Source of the DNA: a phage | Reading direction: 5' to 3' (one strand) | Sequence record: NC_100371.1 | Length of the DNA stretch: 64,000 nucleotides | Shown: piece after piece, positions 34,514 to 43,929 of the stretch | How the letters are laid out: the number at the start of each line of letters is the position of its first letter | Numbering within the stretch: position 1 is the stretch's first letter | Program-made: the position numbers and the translations under genes | The notes under the pieces: generated by a model | What the model saw: only the letters and a program-made list of their open reading frames with translations | What the model was told of the DNA's origin: nothing | The model's database searches: none

Positions 34514-36825
34514 TCACCAAGGTAATTAAAAGCAACGGATGTGAAGTGGCATTCGATCCGGAACGTTTAAATAAGGCAGCTATTTTCGGTGACGACGGTA
34601 ACGGCAATTGGTCACATATTGCACTTGATGCATACAAACGGCTGTATGATGGATGCACAACCAAAGAAGTTAACCAAGCTATTATAGACTCCTGTGTTAG
34701 CCGTAAGGACGAAGCACATTCTCGTATGGCTGGTCGTGTTCTTATCGGTCAGATTTATAAAGAGGCTTTTGGAGGATTCACAAAGATCCCTTCCTTACCA
34801 TCATTTTACAATACCATGGTTGATAAAGGGTATTGGGAGGATATGGGCTATAGCTTTACCGAGTTAAACACTTTAGACACTGTTATTGATCACAGTAAAG
34901 ACCTTGGTTATGGCTATGCAGTCCTTAAACAGTTTCGAGACAAATACGGGATCAAGGATACTCTTAAAGACACCCTGTTCGAATCTCCACAGATGATGTT
35001 TATGGGGATAGCGATGGCTGTCATGAAAAATATGCCGAAAGAACGCCGTATTGACGATGTTGTAAAATTATACACTTATCTGTCAGACTTAAAGATCAAT
35101 GCCCCGACACCGTACTTAAACGGTCTACGCACAGGCAAGACAGGGTATGCATCTTGTTGTGTAATAAAAGCTGACGATACAGCAAAATCTATTGGTGTGG
35201 CACGTGAAGTTGCATACACAATGACGGTTAACCAAGCAGGTATTGGCTACTATTTATCATCAAGATCTGCAGGTGATGGTGTTCGTGGTAACACTATTAA
35301 ACATATGGGCAAGATTCCATATTATCGAGGTATTGATGCTGGGGTTAAGGAGAACAGACAACAATCACGTGGCGGTTCTGCAACAGTATCATTCCTTGCA
35401 CTGGACCCGCAGATTGATGAGCTAATCCGTTTGAGAAACCCTATGACTGTTGCTTCAAAAAGAATCAACACCATGGACTACTCTATAGGTATTAATAGGT
35501 CGTTTATCAACCGTGTGGCTAAGAATTTAGATTGGATGCTTGTTTCTTATAAGCACGCGCCTCAACTGCATGAGGGTATCTTCACCATGTCTATGGAGGA
35601 GTTTGATGCAGAGGTTGATCGTATCGCTAAAGATGACAGTATTCCTAAAACATGGATCCGAGCTAGAGATCTTGCTGTTGAGCTGATCACTCAGCGTACC
35701 GAGGTTGGAAGGCTGTACGTATACTGGACAGATGAGATGAATAGACATACACCTTTTAAAGATGTAATCTATTCAAGTAACCTGTGTGCAGAAATAGCCC
35801 TCCCGACAAAAGGCTATTCAGATATGCGTAATATCTTCAAGTACGATGTTGATGATGGCGAAGTTGCATTGTGCTTCCTGTCATCTCTTGTAGCCGGAAG
35901 GGTTACCCCAGAGGAGTATGAGGATGTTGCATACTACACGGTGCTTATGATTGACAATGTTATGGAAATCATGACATATCCGTATGAAAATATGGAGAGC
36001 ACTGTTAAAAAACGCAGATCCATTGGGGTTGGCCTTACTAATGTTGCACATTTTATTGCCAGCCACAAGGTTACTTACGGATCTCCTGAAAGTAAACAGC
36101 TTGTTCACGATCTTGCAGAACTTCACAGCTACAGCTTGCATAAGGCAAGTTTACGATTGGCAAAAGAGCGTGGTGTCTGTGAGTGGATGCATAAAACAAA
36201 ATACCCGGAGGGTTGGTTACCAATCGACACCTATAACAAAGAGGTCGATAGTGTGGTGAAAGATCCTTCTCTTAAGCAGGATTGGGAAGGGTTACGTAAA
36301 GAAATCATTGAAAATGGTGGGCTACGTAATAGCGTTCTTGAAGCATATATGCCTAATGAAAGCTCTTCGCTGGCAACAAACACCACTAACGGGGTTTATC
36401 CTGTCCGTGAACACATTATCTTTAAAAAGTCACCACAAGGGCAGGTGCTGTTTATCGTTCCTGAATATGATGAACTGAAAGAGTATTATACCTCGGCTTG
36501 GGACGTTGATACTAACGACATGATTGATATGTATGCTGTGATTCAAAAATTCACAGGACAGGCAATCAGTGCTGACCTATATATTGATTACACCAAGTTG
36601 AAAGATGGTAAAATTTCAATGAAAGAGCAGCTGGGGTATCTTATCCGTGCTACTAAATTCGGGATGAAGACATGGTATTACTTAAACTCTCGGGTTGGTG
36701 CTGGTGACTCTTTGACAGAGGAGCTTCACGCGAAGAAACAGGCTGAAGATGAAACCAGAAAGAACTATCCTTTGATTGCAGATAGTTCAGTTGAAGATCC
36801 GTATTGCGAAAGTTGTGCACTGTAA
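34510..36825 (+). CDS. nrdA: ribonucleoside-diphosphate reductase large subunit (class Ia)
   Basis: 771 aa; N-terminal ATP-cone (VIKSNGCEVAFDPERLNKA), active-site NLCAEI, PNESSS, C-terminal YCESCAL tail. Confidence 0.9.
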   Translation: MITKVIKSNGCEVAFDPERLNKAAIFGDDGNGNWSHIALDAYKRLYDGCTTKEVNQAIIDSCVSRKDEAHSRMAGRVLIGQIYKEAFGGFTKIPSLPSFYNTMVDKGYWEDMGYSFTELNTLDTVIDHSKDLGYGYAVLKQFRDKYGIKDTLKDTLFESPQMMFMGIAMAVMKNMPKERRIDDVVKLYTYLSDLKINAPTPYLNGLRTGKTGYASCCVIKADDTAKSIGVAREVAYTMTVNQAGIGYYLSSRSAGDGVRGNTIKHMGKIPYYRGIDAGVKENRQQSRGGSATVSFLALDPQIDELIRLRNPMTVASKRINTMDYSIGINRSFINRVAKNLDWMLVSYKHAPQLHEGIFTMSMEEFDAEVDRIAKDDSIPKTWIRARDLAVELITQRTEVGRLYVYWTDEMNRHTPFKDVIYSSNLCAEIALPTKGYSDMRNIFKYDVDDGEVALCFLSSLVAGRVTPEEYEDVAYYTVLMIDNVMEIMTYPYENMESTVKKRRSIGVGLTNVAHFIASHKVTYGSPESKQLVHDLAELHSYSLHKASLRLAKERGVCEWMHKTKYPEGWLPIDTYNKEVDSVVKDPSLKQDWEGLRKEIIENGGLRNSVLEAYMPNESSSLATNTTNGVYPVREHIIFKKSPQGQVLFIVPEYDELKEYYTSAWDVDTNDMIDMYAVIQKFTGQAISADLYIDYTKLKDGKISMKEQLGYLIRATKFGMKTWYYLNSRVGAGDSLTEELHAKKQAEDETRKNYPLIADSSVEDPYCESCAL

Positions 36826-36828
36826 TTT

Positions 36829-36855
36829 AAAAAAAGGGGCTTCGGCCCCATTTTA
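36829..36855 (+). terminator. Rho-independent terminator after nrdA
   Basis: AAAAAAA-GGGGC-ttcg-GCCCC-ATTTT. Confidence 0.65.
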
Positions 36856-36866
36856 GAGGTAGAATA

Positions 36867-37955
36867 ATGGCAGTATTTAATACTGAGAACACTGCTCATA
36901 AAACTGGTGATTATCCGCTGTTTTTAGGACAGCAGATGGGGATGTACGACTCTATTAACAAAAAGTACCCACAGCTGTTTGAACTATACAAAAAACAAAA
37001 AGAACAAGATTGGGCAGAGGACGAAGTAGATTTGTCACAGTCTATTTCGGATTTCGTAACATGCTCAAAGTCAACTTACGATGTAATGGTGCAGACACTG
37101 ATGTGGCAATGGGAGGCAGACAGTGTTGCAGCAAGATCTATCATTTGTCTGTTTTCACCATTTATCACTAATAGTGAACTTTTCACCTTGTTGATGAAGC
37201 AGTCTGAGATCGAGGTTCTTCATGCACTAACTTACTCAGAGATTGTTAGACAATGCCTTCCTAATGCTCGTGAGATTATAGAAGAGATTCAGGAAAACCA
37301 GAACGTGCTAAGCAGGTCTGGAGTTATTGTCAAATATATGCAAGAGCTTGAGGTTATTGGTGCAAAATACCGACTGGATCCTTCCAGTGTTGAAGAAGAT
37401 GTTGTACGGAAATGTATCCTTAGAGCACTTTTTGCACTTTTAGCTCTAGAGAGTATTGAGTTTATTGCAAGTTTTGCATGTACGTTCGCAGTAGCTGAGC
37501 AAGGTATTTTTGTTCAAGTTGCACAACTCGTTCAAAAAATTATGCTTGATGAGATGCTGCATTCGAAAGGTGATTTTGCTATCATCGATATCCTGCTTGA
37601 TGATCCTACATGGGAGCAAAGCTTTCTTGAGATTAAGGGAGAGTTAAAAGAGATTCTTGACGAAGTACGGATCAAGGAGTACGGTTGGAGTGACTATATT
37701 TTCAGCGAAGGAAGGGCGATTATAGGGCTTAACTCACCATTACTTAAAGAATGGGTTGACTATAACTGTTCACCGATTTATGATTATTATAACATCGACA
37801 AAGACTTTGTGCCGCCAACAAAAGACCCGTTACCGTTTATGCAGGTGTGGATGAAACCTTCACTGCAACAGACGGCTAACCAGGAAATGTCTAACACCGA
37901 CTATCGCGTCAACACAACTGTTAATGACGCTGAAGAAGAAATTTGGGAGTTTTAA
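36867..37955 (+). CDS. nrdB: ribonucleoside-diphosphate reductase small subunit
   Basis: 362 aa ferritin-like; iron-ligand style motifs SEIEVLHALTYSE, ESIEFIASFA, DEMLHSKGDF; directly follows nrdA. Confidence 0.85.
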   Translation: MAVFNTENTAHKTGDYPLFLGQQMGMYDSINKKYPQLFELYKKQKEQDWAEDEVDLSQSISDFVTCSKSTYDVMVQTLMWQWEADSVAARSIICLFSPFITNSELFTLLMKQSEIEVLHALTYSEIVRQCLPNAREIIEEIQENQNVLSRSGVIVKYMQELEVIGAKYRLDPSSVEEDVVRKCILRALFALLALESIEFIASFACTFAVAEQGIFVQVAQLVQKIMLDEMLHSKGDFAIIDILLDDPTWEQSFLEIKGELKEILDEVRIKEYGWSDYIFSEGRAIIGLNSPLLKEWVDYNCSPIYDYYNIDKDFVPPTKDPLPFMQVWMKPSLQQTANQEMSNTDYRVNTTVNDAEEEIWEF

Positions 37956-37958
37956 TAT

Positions 37959-38237
37959 ATGAGCTGTGAAAAATCTTTTTTCATTATCATCTACGGTAAG
38001 GATAACTGCCCACATTGTGTAAGAGCAAAAGAATTTGCAGCAAGCAAAGGTATACCTTTCGTATACAAGACGCTCGGTGAAGGATACACAAAAGAAGAGC
38101 TTATTGAGAAGTGTAGTCCATTTGTTCCCAGAACGTTGCCTCAGATCTTCTTGGAAAGCAACCTTGATAGTGTCCACATAGGTGGTGCTGACGATTTCAT
38201 CTCTTTTGTTAAGAATGGTTTTGGAGAGAAAAAGTGA
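37959..38237 (+). CDS. glutaredoxin (NrdH/NrdC-like redoxin)
   Basis: 92 aa with CPHC active site (YGKDNCPHCVRAKEF). Confidence 0.7.
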   Translation: MSCEKSFFIIIYGKDNCPHCVRAKEFAASKGIPFVYKTLGEGYTKEELIEKCSPFVPRTLPQIFLESNLDSVHIGGADDFISFVKNGFGEKK

Positions 38238-40357
38238 AAGTTGTAAAACGGGACGGTAGAGAAGAGGTCTATAACGGAGTTAAGGTAATCAAGGCGGCAG
38301 AGTCCGCCTTACTTGAGTCTGGGCATACTGAAGAAGAAGCTTACCGGATCGCTTGTGCGGTTAATGAAGTTGTTGCCAACAATCTACCAACCGACCAGTG
38401 CACGATCTCTGTAAAAAATATCCATATCCTTGTTGAAGATGCTCTTATGGATATGGGTTTAAAATGTGCAGCCAGAGAATATATCCAGTATAGACAGACA
38501 AGAGATAATAACAGAGAGGCAGGTGGAAAACTGCTTGCAGATATTAGTGGCTTCTTGGATCGAACTTGTGATGAATTTACAAAAGAAAACGCAAATAAGC
38601 CCACTAATCATGTACATACTCATCGTGACCTGCTTGCAGGTATCCTTAGCAAACACCTTGCATCAACACAGATACTGCCAGATCGTGTCTCCGAAGAGCA
38701 CAACAAGGGATTCATCCATGTGCATGATCTTGACTATCTGATCAGTCCGTTAACAAACTGCTGTTTGGTGAATTATCCGGATATGCTGGAAAACGGATTC
38801 AACATTGGCAACGCCCATGTCAGTAAGCCGAAGTCAATAGGGGTTGCAACAACAATCCTCAGCCAAATCTCTAGTGCAGTAGCTAGTGCTCAATATGGTG
38901 GTCAGACCATGAGCCATATTGATCATTATCTGGCGCAGTATGCTGAAGCAACCTATGAGAAGAATCTTAAATTTTGTCAGGAACATTGGTTGCCGGATGC
39001 TGAGACTGTTGCAATGCAAATGACGGATAAAGACGTGTTTGATAGTATGCAAACTTTGCTATACCAAATCAATACGTTAACTTCTGTCAACGGGCAAACC
39101 CCATTCATCACATTAAGTTTAGGACTGGATACCTCAATCTTTGGTAGAATGATTACCAAAAACTACCTGAAAGTCCACAAAATGGGTCTTGGTGAAGAAC
39201 GTATCACACCTGTGTTCCCTAAGGTGCTGTTCTTCCTGGAGGAAGGTATCAACATGAACCCCGGGGATCCTAACTATGATTTGAAACGATTAGCTCTGGA
39301 ATGCTCTGCAGAGCGGATTTATCCTGACTTCGTATCTGTACCACTAAATAGAAAAGTGACAGGTTCAACAGAAGGTAATGTCACAAGCATGGGTTGCCGG
39401 AGTTTTCTTAGCAAATACAATGACTTGGAAACAGGAGAGGAGAAATACCTTGGCAGATTTAACTTAGGTGTTGTTAGCCTTAACCTACCAATGATTGCGG
39501 CAAAAGCTAAAACGGAAGGTGTTGATTTCTTTGCAGTTCTTGACGAGTACTTGGATCTGGCATACGAGGCTCACCTTGTAAGGGTTAACCGTCTAAAAGG
39601 AACAAAGGCAGGGCAGAACCCCATCATGTGGTGTGAAGGAGCTCTTGCTCGCCTGGATCCTGAAGAGAGTATTGATAAACTCTTCTATGACGGGTATGCT
39701 TCCATAAGTATTGGATATATTGGTGTGTATGAAACCTGCCAGATTTTAGGCAGAGAGGGAGACAAGTCCTTAGCTCTTGGGATCCTTCAGCACATGAAAG
39801 ACGCTTGTGATCGGTACAAAAAAGAAAGTGGTCTGGCATTCAGCTTGTACGGCACTCCTTCAGAGAGCTTGTGCTATAAGGCTGCAACATGTCTAGATCG
39901 TGAATATCCTGAAGTGTTGAAGCACGAGCACGAATACCTTACCAACAGTTTCCACCAGCCCGTGTGGATCAATAGCTCACCTTTTGACAAGTGGAAGTAT
40001 GAGGAAGGTTTTGCTATGATCTCTTCTGGCGGTAACATTGGATACATAGAAACACCTAACCTGAAAAACAACCTGGATGCTTTGGAATCCCTTGTCGATT
40101 TCGGGTATAAACACATTATGTATTTTGGTATTAACCAACCTGTGGATAAATGTCTTAAGTGCGGATTCTCTGGTGAGTTCAGTGCAACAGCTAAAGGCTT
40201 TGTATGCCCAGAGTGCGGAAACCATGAAGAGGGAACGATCAGTGTGATTAGACGTGTATCTGGGTATCTGTCCAGTCCAAACTCCCGACCTTACAACAAA
40301 GGTAAGCAAGCGGAAGTTATAGAACGGGTTAAGCACTACGGAAGCTGTGGTTGCTGA
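38234..40357 (+). CDS. nrdD: anaerobic ribonucleoside-triphosphate reductase
   Basis: 707 aa; C-terminal glycyl-radical motif RRVSGYL and Zn-ribbon CPECG; GTG start overlapping upstream stop. Confidence 0.85.
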   Translation: MKVVKRDGREEVYNGVKVIKAAESALLESGHTEEEAYRIACAVNEVVANNLPTDQCTISVKNIHILVEDALMDMGLKCAAREYIQYRQTRDNNREAGGKLLADISGFLDRTCDEFTKENANKPTNHVHTHRDLLAGILSKHLASTQILPDRVSEEHNKGFIHVHDLDYLISPLTNCCLVNYPDMLENGFNIGNAHVSKPKSIGVATTILSQISSAVASAQYGGQTMSHIDHYLAQYAEATYEKNLKFCQEHWLPDAETVAMQMTDKDVFDSMQTLLYQINTLTSVNGQTPFITLSLGLDTSIFGRMITKNYLKVHKMGLGEERITPVFPKVLFFLEEGINMNPGDPNYDLKRLALECSAERIYPDFVSVPLNRKVTGSTEGNVTSMGCRSFLSKYNDLETGEEKYLGRFNLGVVSLNLPMIAAKAKTEGVDFFAVLDEYLDLAYEAHLVRVNRLKGTKAGQNPIMWCEGALARLDPEESIDKLFYDGYASISIGYIGVYETCQILGREGDKSLALGILQHMKDACDRYKKESGLAFSLYGTPSESLCYKAATCLDREYPEVLKHEHEYLTNSFHQPVWINSSPFDKWKYEEGFAMISSGGNIGYIETPNLKNNLDALESLVDFGYKHIMYFGINQPVDKCLKCGFSGEFSATAKGFVCPECGNHEEGTISVIRRVSGYLSSPNSRPYNKGKQAEVIERVKHYGSCGC

Positions 40358-40420
40358 TACTTGACAAAAGCCACAAGGATGTGGCATATTGTTGTTACAC
40401 AGTAAACTAGGAGGTGCAGT

Positions 40421-40537
40421 ATGTCGTCAGGTATTTATAAAATTTGCAAGTGTGGTTGTCATTGCAATCTTCGTTGGTGCAAGGCACTGGATGATTTTAT
40501 TTGGCATTGTCCTAAATGTGATGCGGAGTACTTATGA
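40421..40537 (+). CDS. small Cys-rich zinc-ribbon-like protein (38 aa)
   Basis: GGAGGTG RBS then MSSGIYKICKCGCHCNLRWCKALDDFIWHCPKCDAEYL; stop overlaps nrdG ATG (ATGA). Confidence 0.4.
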   Translation: MSSGIYKICKCGCHCNLRWCKALDDFIWHCPKCDAEYL

Positions 40538-41007
40538 ATATTGTCGGATACACAGAAATATCCTACACCGAAGGGCCAGGTCTCAGGACGGCCTTGTGGG
40601 TATCTGGGTGCCCACACGCTTGTCCTGGTTGCTTTAATCAAGCATTTTGGTCCAAAGATAAGGGAAGAGAATTCACCGAAGAAGATTTGCAGAGAATTTT
40701 GTCAGATTTGGACAATGAATCTATATGCGGTATTTCTTTGCTTGGTGGAGAGCCTTTGGCTACGTATAATGAGCCCGGTATTATTAAACTTATGAGGAGA
40801 ATTAAGGAAAAGTTTGGTGACAAGAAAACTATTCTTGTGTATACTGGGTTCACATTTGAGCATATCTCTAGTGATGTTCTTGAGCTGGCTGATATCATCA
40901 TTGATGGCAAGTATGTAAAAGATTTACCAACAAAGAAATCATTCCGAGGCAGCGATAACCAAAGAATGTTTAAAAAGGTAGCAGGCGGTTGGGTTCAGGT
41001 TGACTAA
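40534..41007 (+). CDS. nrdG: anaerobic ribonucleotide reductase activating protein (radical SAM)
   Basis: 157 aa with CPHACPGC (CxxxCxxC) radical-SAM cluster motif, downstream of nrdD. Confidence 0.85.
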   Translation: MNIVGYTEISYTEGPGLRTALWVSGCPHACPGCFNQAFWSKDKGREFTEEDLQRILSDLDNESICGISLLGGEPLATYNEPGIIKLMRRIKEKFGDKKTILVYTGFTFEHISSDVLELADIIIDGKYVKDLPTKKSFRGSDNQRMFKKVAGGWVQVD

Positions 41008-41009
41008 TC

Positions 41010-41039
41010 GTTGACAAAGCTTTGGTAAGTTGGTTATAA
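41010..41039 (+). promoter_or_regulatory. sigma70-like promoter (TTGACA-N18-TATAAT)
   Basis: TTGACA at 41010-41015, TATAAT at 41034-41039. Confidence 0.55.
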
Positions 41040-41069
41040 TTATCGTAATGAAAGCAGAGGAGGTGCCAA

Positions 41070-41183
41070 ATGGCTAAAAAAGCCTTGAAGAAGGCGTACA
41101 AGAAAGAGATTGCGCTTGAGCTTAAGAAAAAACACAAGCGTGAAAAGAAATATCATGAAGATGTAGAGGGGGTGCAACAGTGA
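41070..41183 (+). CDS. small lysine-rich basic protein (37 aa)
   Basis: GAGGAGGTG RBS then MAKKALKKAYKKEIALELKKKHKREKKYHEDVEGVQQ; stop overlaps next start (GTGA). Confidence 0.35.
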   Translation: MAKKALKKAYKKEIALELKKKHKREKKYHEDVEGVQQ

Positions 41184-41530
41184 CACAAGAGCGTATTGAT
41201 TTAGCCAGTAAGTTTGTAGATCTCATTTTGCCACGGTTGGTTACTCAACATGCAGACGCTATTTCTACTAATCTTGATGGCTTACGCCTAATGCTGAACC
41301 GAACAGATGACCCACGTATTCGGGCCGATTTAGAGGCCTCTGCCAACAAACTGGAAAAGTTCTTGCAAGTAGACACGCAAGAAGCCTTGCACAAGATTAT
41401 GGTGGAAGGTTTCTCTAAAGAATTCACCGTTAAAGAGCTTAAGGAGCTGATCCGCCAAGAAGAGATGAATATCCGAGTTCAGGCTGTTGCAAGCAGCATG
41501 GAAGCGGCTATTGAAAAACTGTTGCAGTAA
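41180..41530 (+). CDS. hypothetical protein
   Basis: 116-aa ORF, GTG start, helical composition. Confidence 0.4.
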   Translation: MTQERIDLASKFVDLILPRLVTQHADAISTNLDGLRLMLNRTDDPRIRADLEASANKLEKFLQVDTQEALHKIMVEGFSKEFTVKELKELIRQEEMNIRVQAVASSMEAAIEKLLQ

Positions 41531-41568
41531 AAGTCCTTGACACATCTCAATCTGAAAGGAGTCCCAAC

Positions 41569-42357
41569 ATGGGTCGAGCTAAAGAAACAAAACGCATGCG
41601 TGATGAAGCCAGAGAGGCTCGCAAATCTGATCGCCTGCGTAAGGCTGCTGAGAAATTTGCTGACGAACGAGAGCACACAGCTCCAGCTCTCCGACCAATG
41701 AACAAAAAGCAGCAAAAGTATCTTGATTATCTAGGATCGCGTAAGATTATTATTGTAAACGGTGTGTTTGGATCCGGTAAGACATTCATGGCATCCGCAT
41801 ATGCAGGTGATCTTTTGCGTAAGAACGAGATTGATAAGATCATTGTTGCACGCCCTTACGTTCAGACAGGAAAGACTTCAGGGTTTAAACCTGGAAACGC
41901 AATGCAGAAACTGTGGCCCTATCTCCGAAGCATGATGGACACGATTTGTCGTCGTGTTGGCAAAGGTGCTTTTGCCGCAATGCTGGGAGATGGTCAGAAC
42001 AGTCGTATCGAGATCTGTGAAGTTGAAAGCATTCGTGGTCGTAGTTTCGATGAGCGGTGCTTTGTCCTAATTGACGAGGCACAGCAAACTAACCCTGAAG
42101 AAATGTTGTCAATTATCACAAGGATCTCTGATCAGGCCACACTTGTAATCATGGGTGATAATAGCCAACGTGACATCCCTGGTAAGTCTGGACTTGCATG
42201 GGTAACGGATTTCTTTACTCGTCATCCAGATCCTGAGGTTGGGATGATTAGCTTTGATAGCCCAGATGATGTCGTTCGTTCCGGGTTGGGTCGTCAGATT
42301 GCACTCAATCTTATCGAGGATCGTGCAAATCATATTTGGACCCCTGTTTCCGAGTAA
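41569..42357 (+). CDS. phoH: PhoH-like ATPase
   Basis: Walker A NGVFGSGKTF, Walker B FVLIDEAQQ, PhoH-type size (262 aa). Confidence 0.85.
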   Translation: MGRAKETKRMRDEAREARKSDRLRKAAEKFADEREHTAPALRPMNKKQQKYLDYLGSRKIIIVNGVFGSGKTFMASAYAGDLLRKNEIDKIIVARPYVQTGKTSGFKPGNAMQKLWPYLRSMMDTICRRVGKGAFAAMLGDGQNSRIEICEVESIRGRSFDERCFVLIDEAQQTNPEEMLSIITRISDQATLVIMGDNSQRDIPGKSGLAWVTDFFTRHPDPEVGMISFDSPDDVVRSGLGRQIALNLIEDRANHIWTPVSE

Positions 42358-42363
42358 TACAGA

Positions 42364-42392
42364 AGGGTGGTTATTCCACCCTTAAATATCTA
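42364..42392 (+). terminator. terminator-like hairpin after phoH
   Basis: GGGTGG-ttatt-CCACCC followed by TTAAATATCT. Confidence 0.45.
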
Positions 42393-42401
42393 AAACAATT
42401 A

Positions 42402-42430
42402 TTGACAAACAGATAAGTTTTAGGTATTAT
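42402..42430 (+). promoter_or_regulatory. sigma70-like promoter (TTGACA-N17-TATTAT)
   Basis: TTGACA at 42402-42407, TATTAT at 42425-42430. Confidence 0.55.
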
Positions 42431-42455
42431 CGAACAAAACAAGGAGAATGACAGT

Positions 42456-42767
42456 ATGGCTACAATACAAGAGAGACTGAATAAGATATACTGCCTATTT
42501 GTCTATAACGGTGAGACAATTTTGGCAAACAAAGGATACAAGAATGTGTGGATTAAGGACAGCGGTGGTAACATAATCAACTTGGCGCTACTACGTGAGC
42601 GAAGACACCGATTCTTCACTGAGTCCCGTGTTATTGAAAGCAACACATTTTACAGAACAGGGGATAAAGTAATTGTTGACAATGACACGTGGTATGTGGT
42701 AGACTGGCAATCGTTGACCTGTGATGCTTCTGACAATTGTAAGTATTCCATGGTAATTGCTAAATAA
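42456..42767 (+). CDS. hypothetical protein
   Basis: 103-aa ORF with AAGGAGAA RBS. Confidence 0.4.
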   Translation: MATIQERLNKIYCLFVYNGETILANKGYKNVWIKDSGGNIINLALLRERRHRFFTESRVIESNTFYRTGDKVIVDNDTWYVVDWQSLTCDASDNCKYSMVIAK

Positions 42768-42828
42768 AGGCAAATGAGAATCAGGTTTAAATAGATCGCT
42801 TTTAACTTTCCAACATTAAGGACCTCAC

Positions 42829-43878
42829 ATGAATTTAACACCTCGCAGCACCATGGTACACGGCATGAAAGAAAAACAGAACGGCTTCGAACCGATGAGT
42901 AATAAAATGTTTGGTATGCCTGGTGGTATTATGGAAACATACAGCTACCCAACGCCAGTTGTTGACCACGTGCTTTATATTGACGATCTTGATGATTTGC
43001 AGGATCATATGTCCCGTTTGCAAACAATTCGTATGGCACAGCCGGAAGAAAGTATCCGTGTAATTGTTAACAGCCCTGGTGGTTGCGTCCACATTGCCAT
43101 GGCGTATTTGCAGGCATTCCGCGAGTCTCAGGCAAGCGTTGTTGTACACGCTGAAGGAATGTGCTGCTCAGCAGGAACAATCTTATGGCTGGGTTGCAAA
43201 GAACGAACTGTGGCTCCGGACACAGAGTTTATGTTCCACTACTATCAAGGTGGCACCTATGGCAACGGTGTGAACATGAATACTCAGGTCAACTACTGGA
43301 AGAAACGTTTTGAACGCCTGATCGAAAAATACTACGGTGGGGTTCTGACAGAAGATGAGATCGCATCCATCACGGCTGGTGGGGAAGTGTGGTTGGATGG
43401 AGAAGAGCTGGCAGCTCGAACTGGTGCTATCATTCTGGACGATGAAAACATTCAGCGTATTCAGAATGGGCAGAAACCGAAAAAGCTTTTGGCAAAAAGT
43501 GATGAAGAAGGTGTGCTAGGCGAAGCAGGCCTGCCAGAGATTCACCAATGCACATCTCTGGACGAGCTGGTTCACGCTGTTGAGTCTGCAAAAGCAAATG
43601 GTCTGAAAGGTGATGTTCACACTGTGTTCCTGAATCTGCAGATGGAGAGTGGTGAGACCGTTAAGATTGCACTGGGTGAGATTACCTCGGAAGATCTGCA
43701 GCGATTCTCTGTGGTAGAGCTTCAGGACATTTTGTCCCAATTGAAAACCACCCTGAACGGAGGTGAAGAAGTTCAGGTTAAAGATAAGACCCGCAAGCGT
43801 CTGGTGGACAATATTATTAAAACAGCAAAAGAGCTCAATGAAAAAATCCTGGGCGCAGGAATTATCGAAGAAGCTTAA
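42829..43878 (+). CDS. ClpP/S14-like serine peptidase with about 150-aa C-terminal extension
   Basis: VNSPGG and Ser nucleophile context MCCSAGT, His in FMFHYYQG; acidic helical C-terminal region. Confidence 0.55.
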   Translation: MNLTPRSTMVHGMKEKQNGFEPMSNKMFGMPGGIMETYSYPTPVVDHVLYIDDLDDLQDHMSRLQTIRMAQPEESIRVIVNSPGGCVHIAMAYLQAFRESQASVVVHAEGMCCSAGTILWLGCKERTVAPDTEFMFHYYQGGTYGNGVNMNTQVNYWKKRFERLIEKYYGGVLTEDEIASITAGGEVWLDGEELAARTGAIILDDENIQRIQNGQKPKKLLAKSDEEGVLGEAGLPEIHQCTSLDELVHAVESAKANGLKGDVHTVFLNLQMESGETVKIALGEITSEDLQRFSVVELQDILSQLKTTLNGGEEVQVKDKTRKRLVDNIIKTAKELNEKILGAGIIEEA

Positions 43879-43891
43879 ACATTAATCTTAA

Positions 43892-43914
43892 AGCCCTCTT
43901 CGGAGGGCTTTTAT
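43892..43914 (+). terminator. Rho-independent terminator
   Basis: GCCCTC-ttcg-GAGGGC followed by TTTTAT. Confidence 0.65.
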
Positions 43915-43929
43915 GATCTGGAGATTTGC

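Noticed and set aside
40389-40637. 82-aa ORF overlapping the nrdG start
   Set aside because: Out of frame with and overlapping the well-supported nrdG; the 38-codon Cys-rich ORF in another frame has the RBS and translational coupling.
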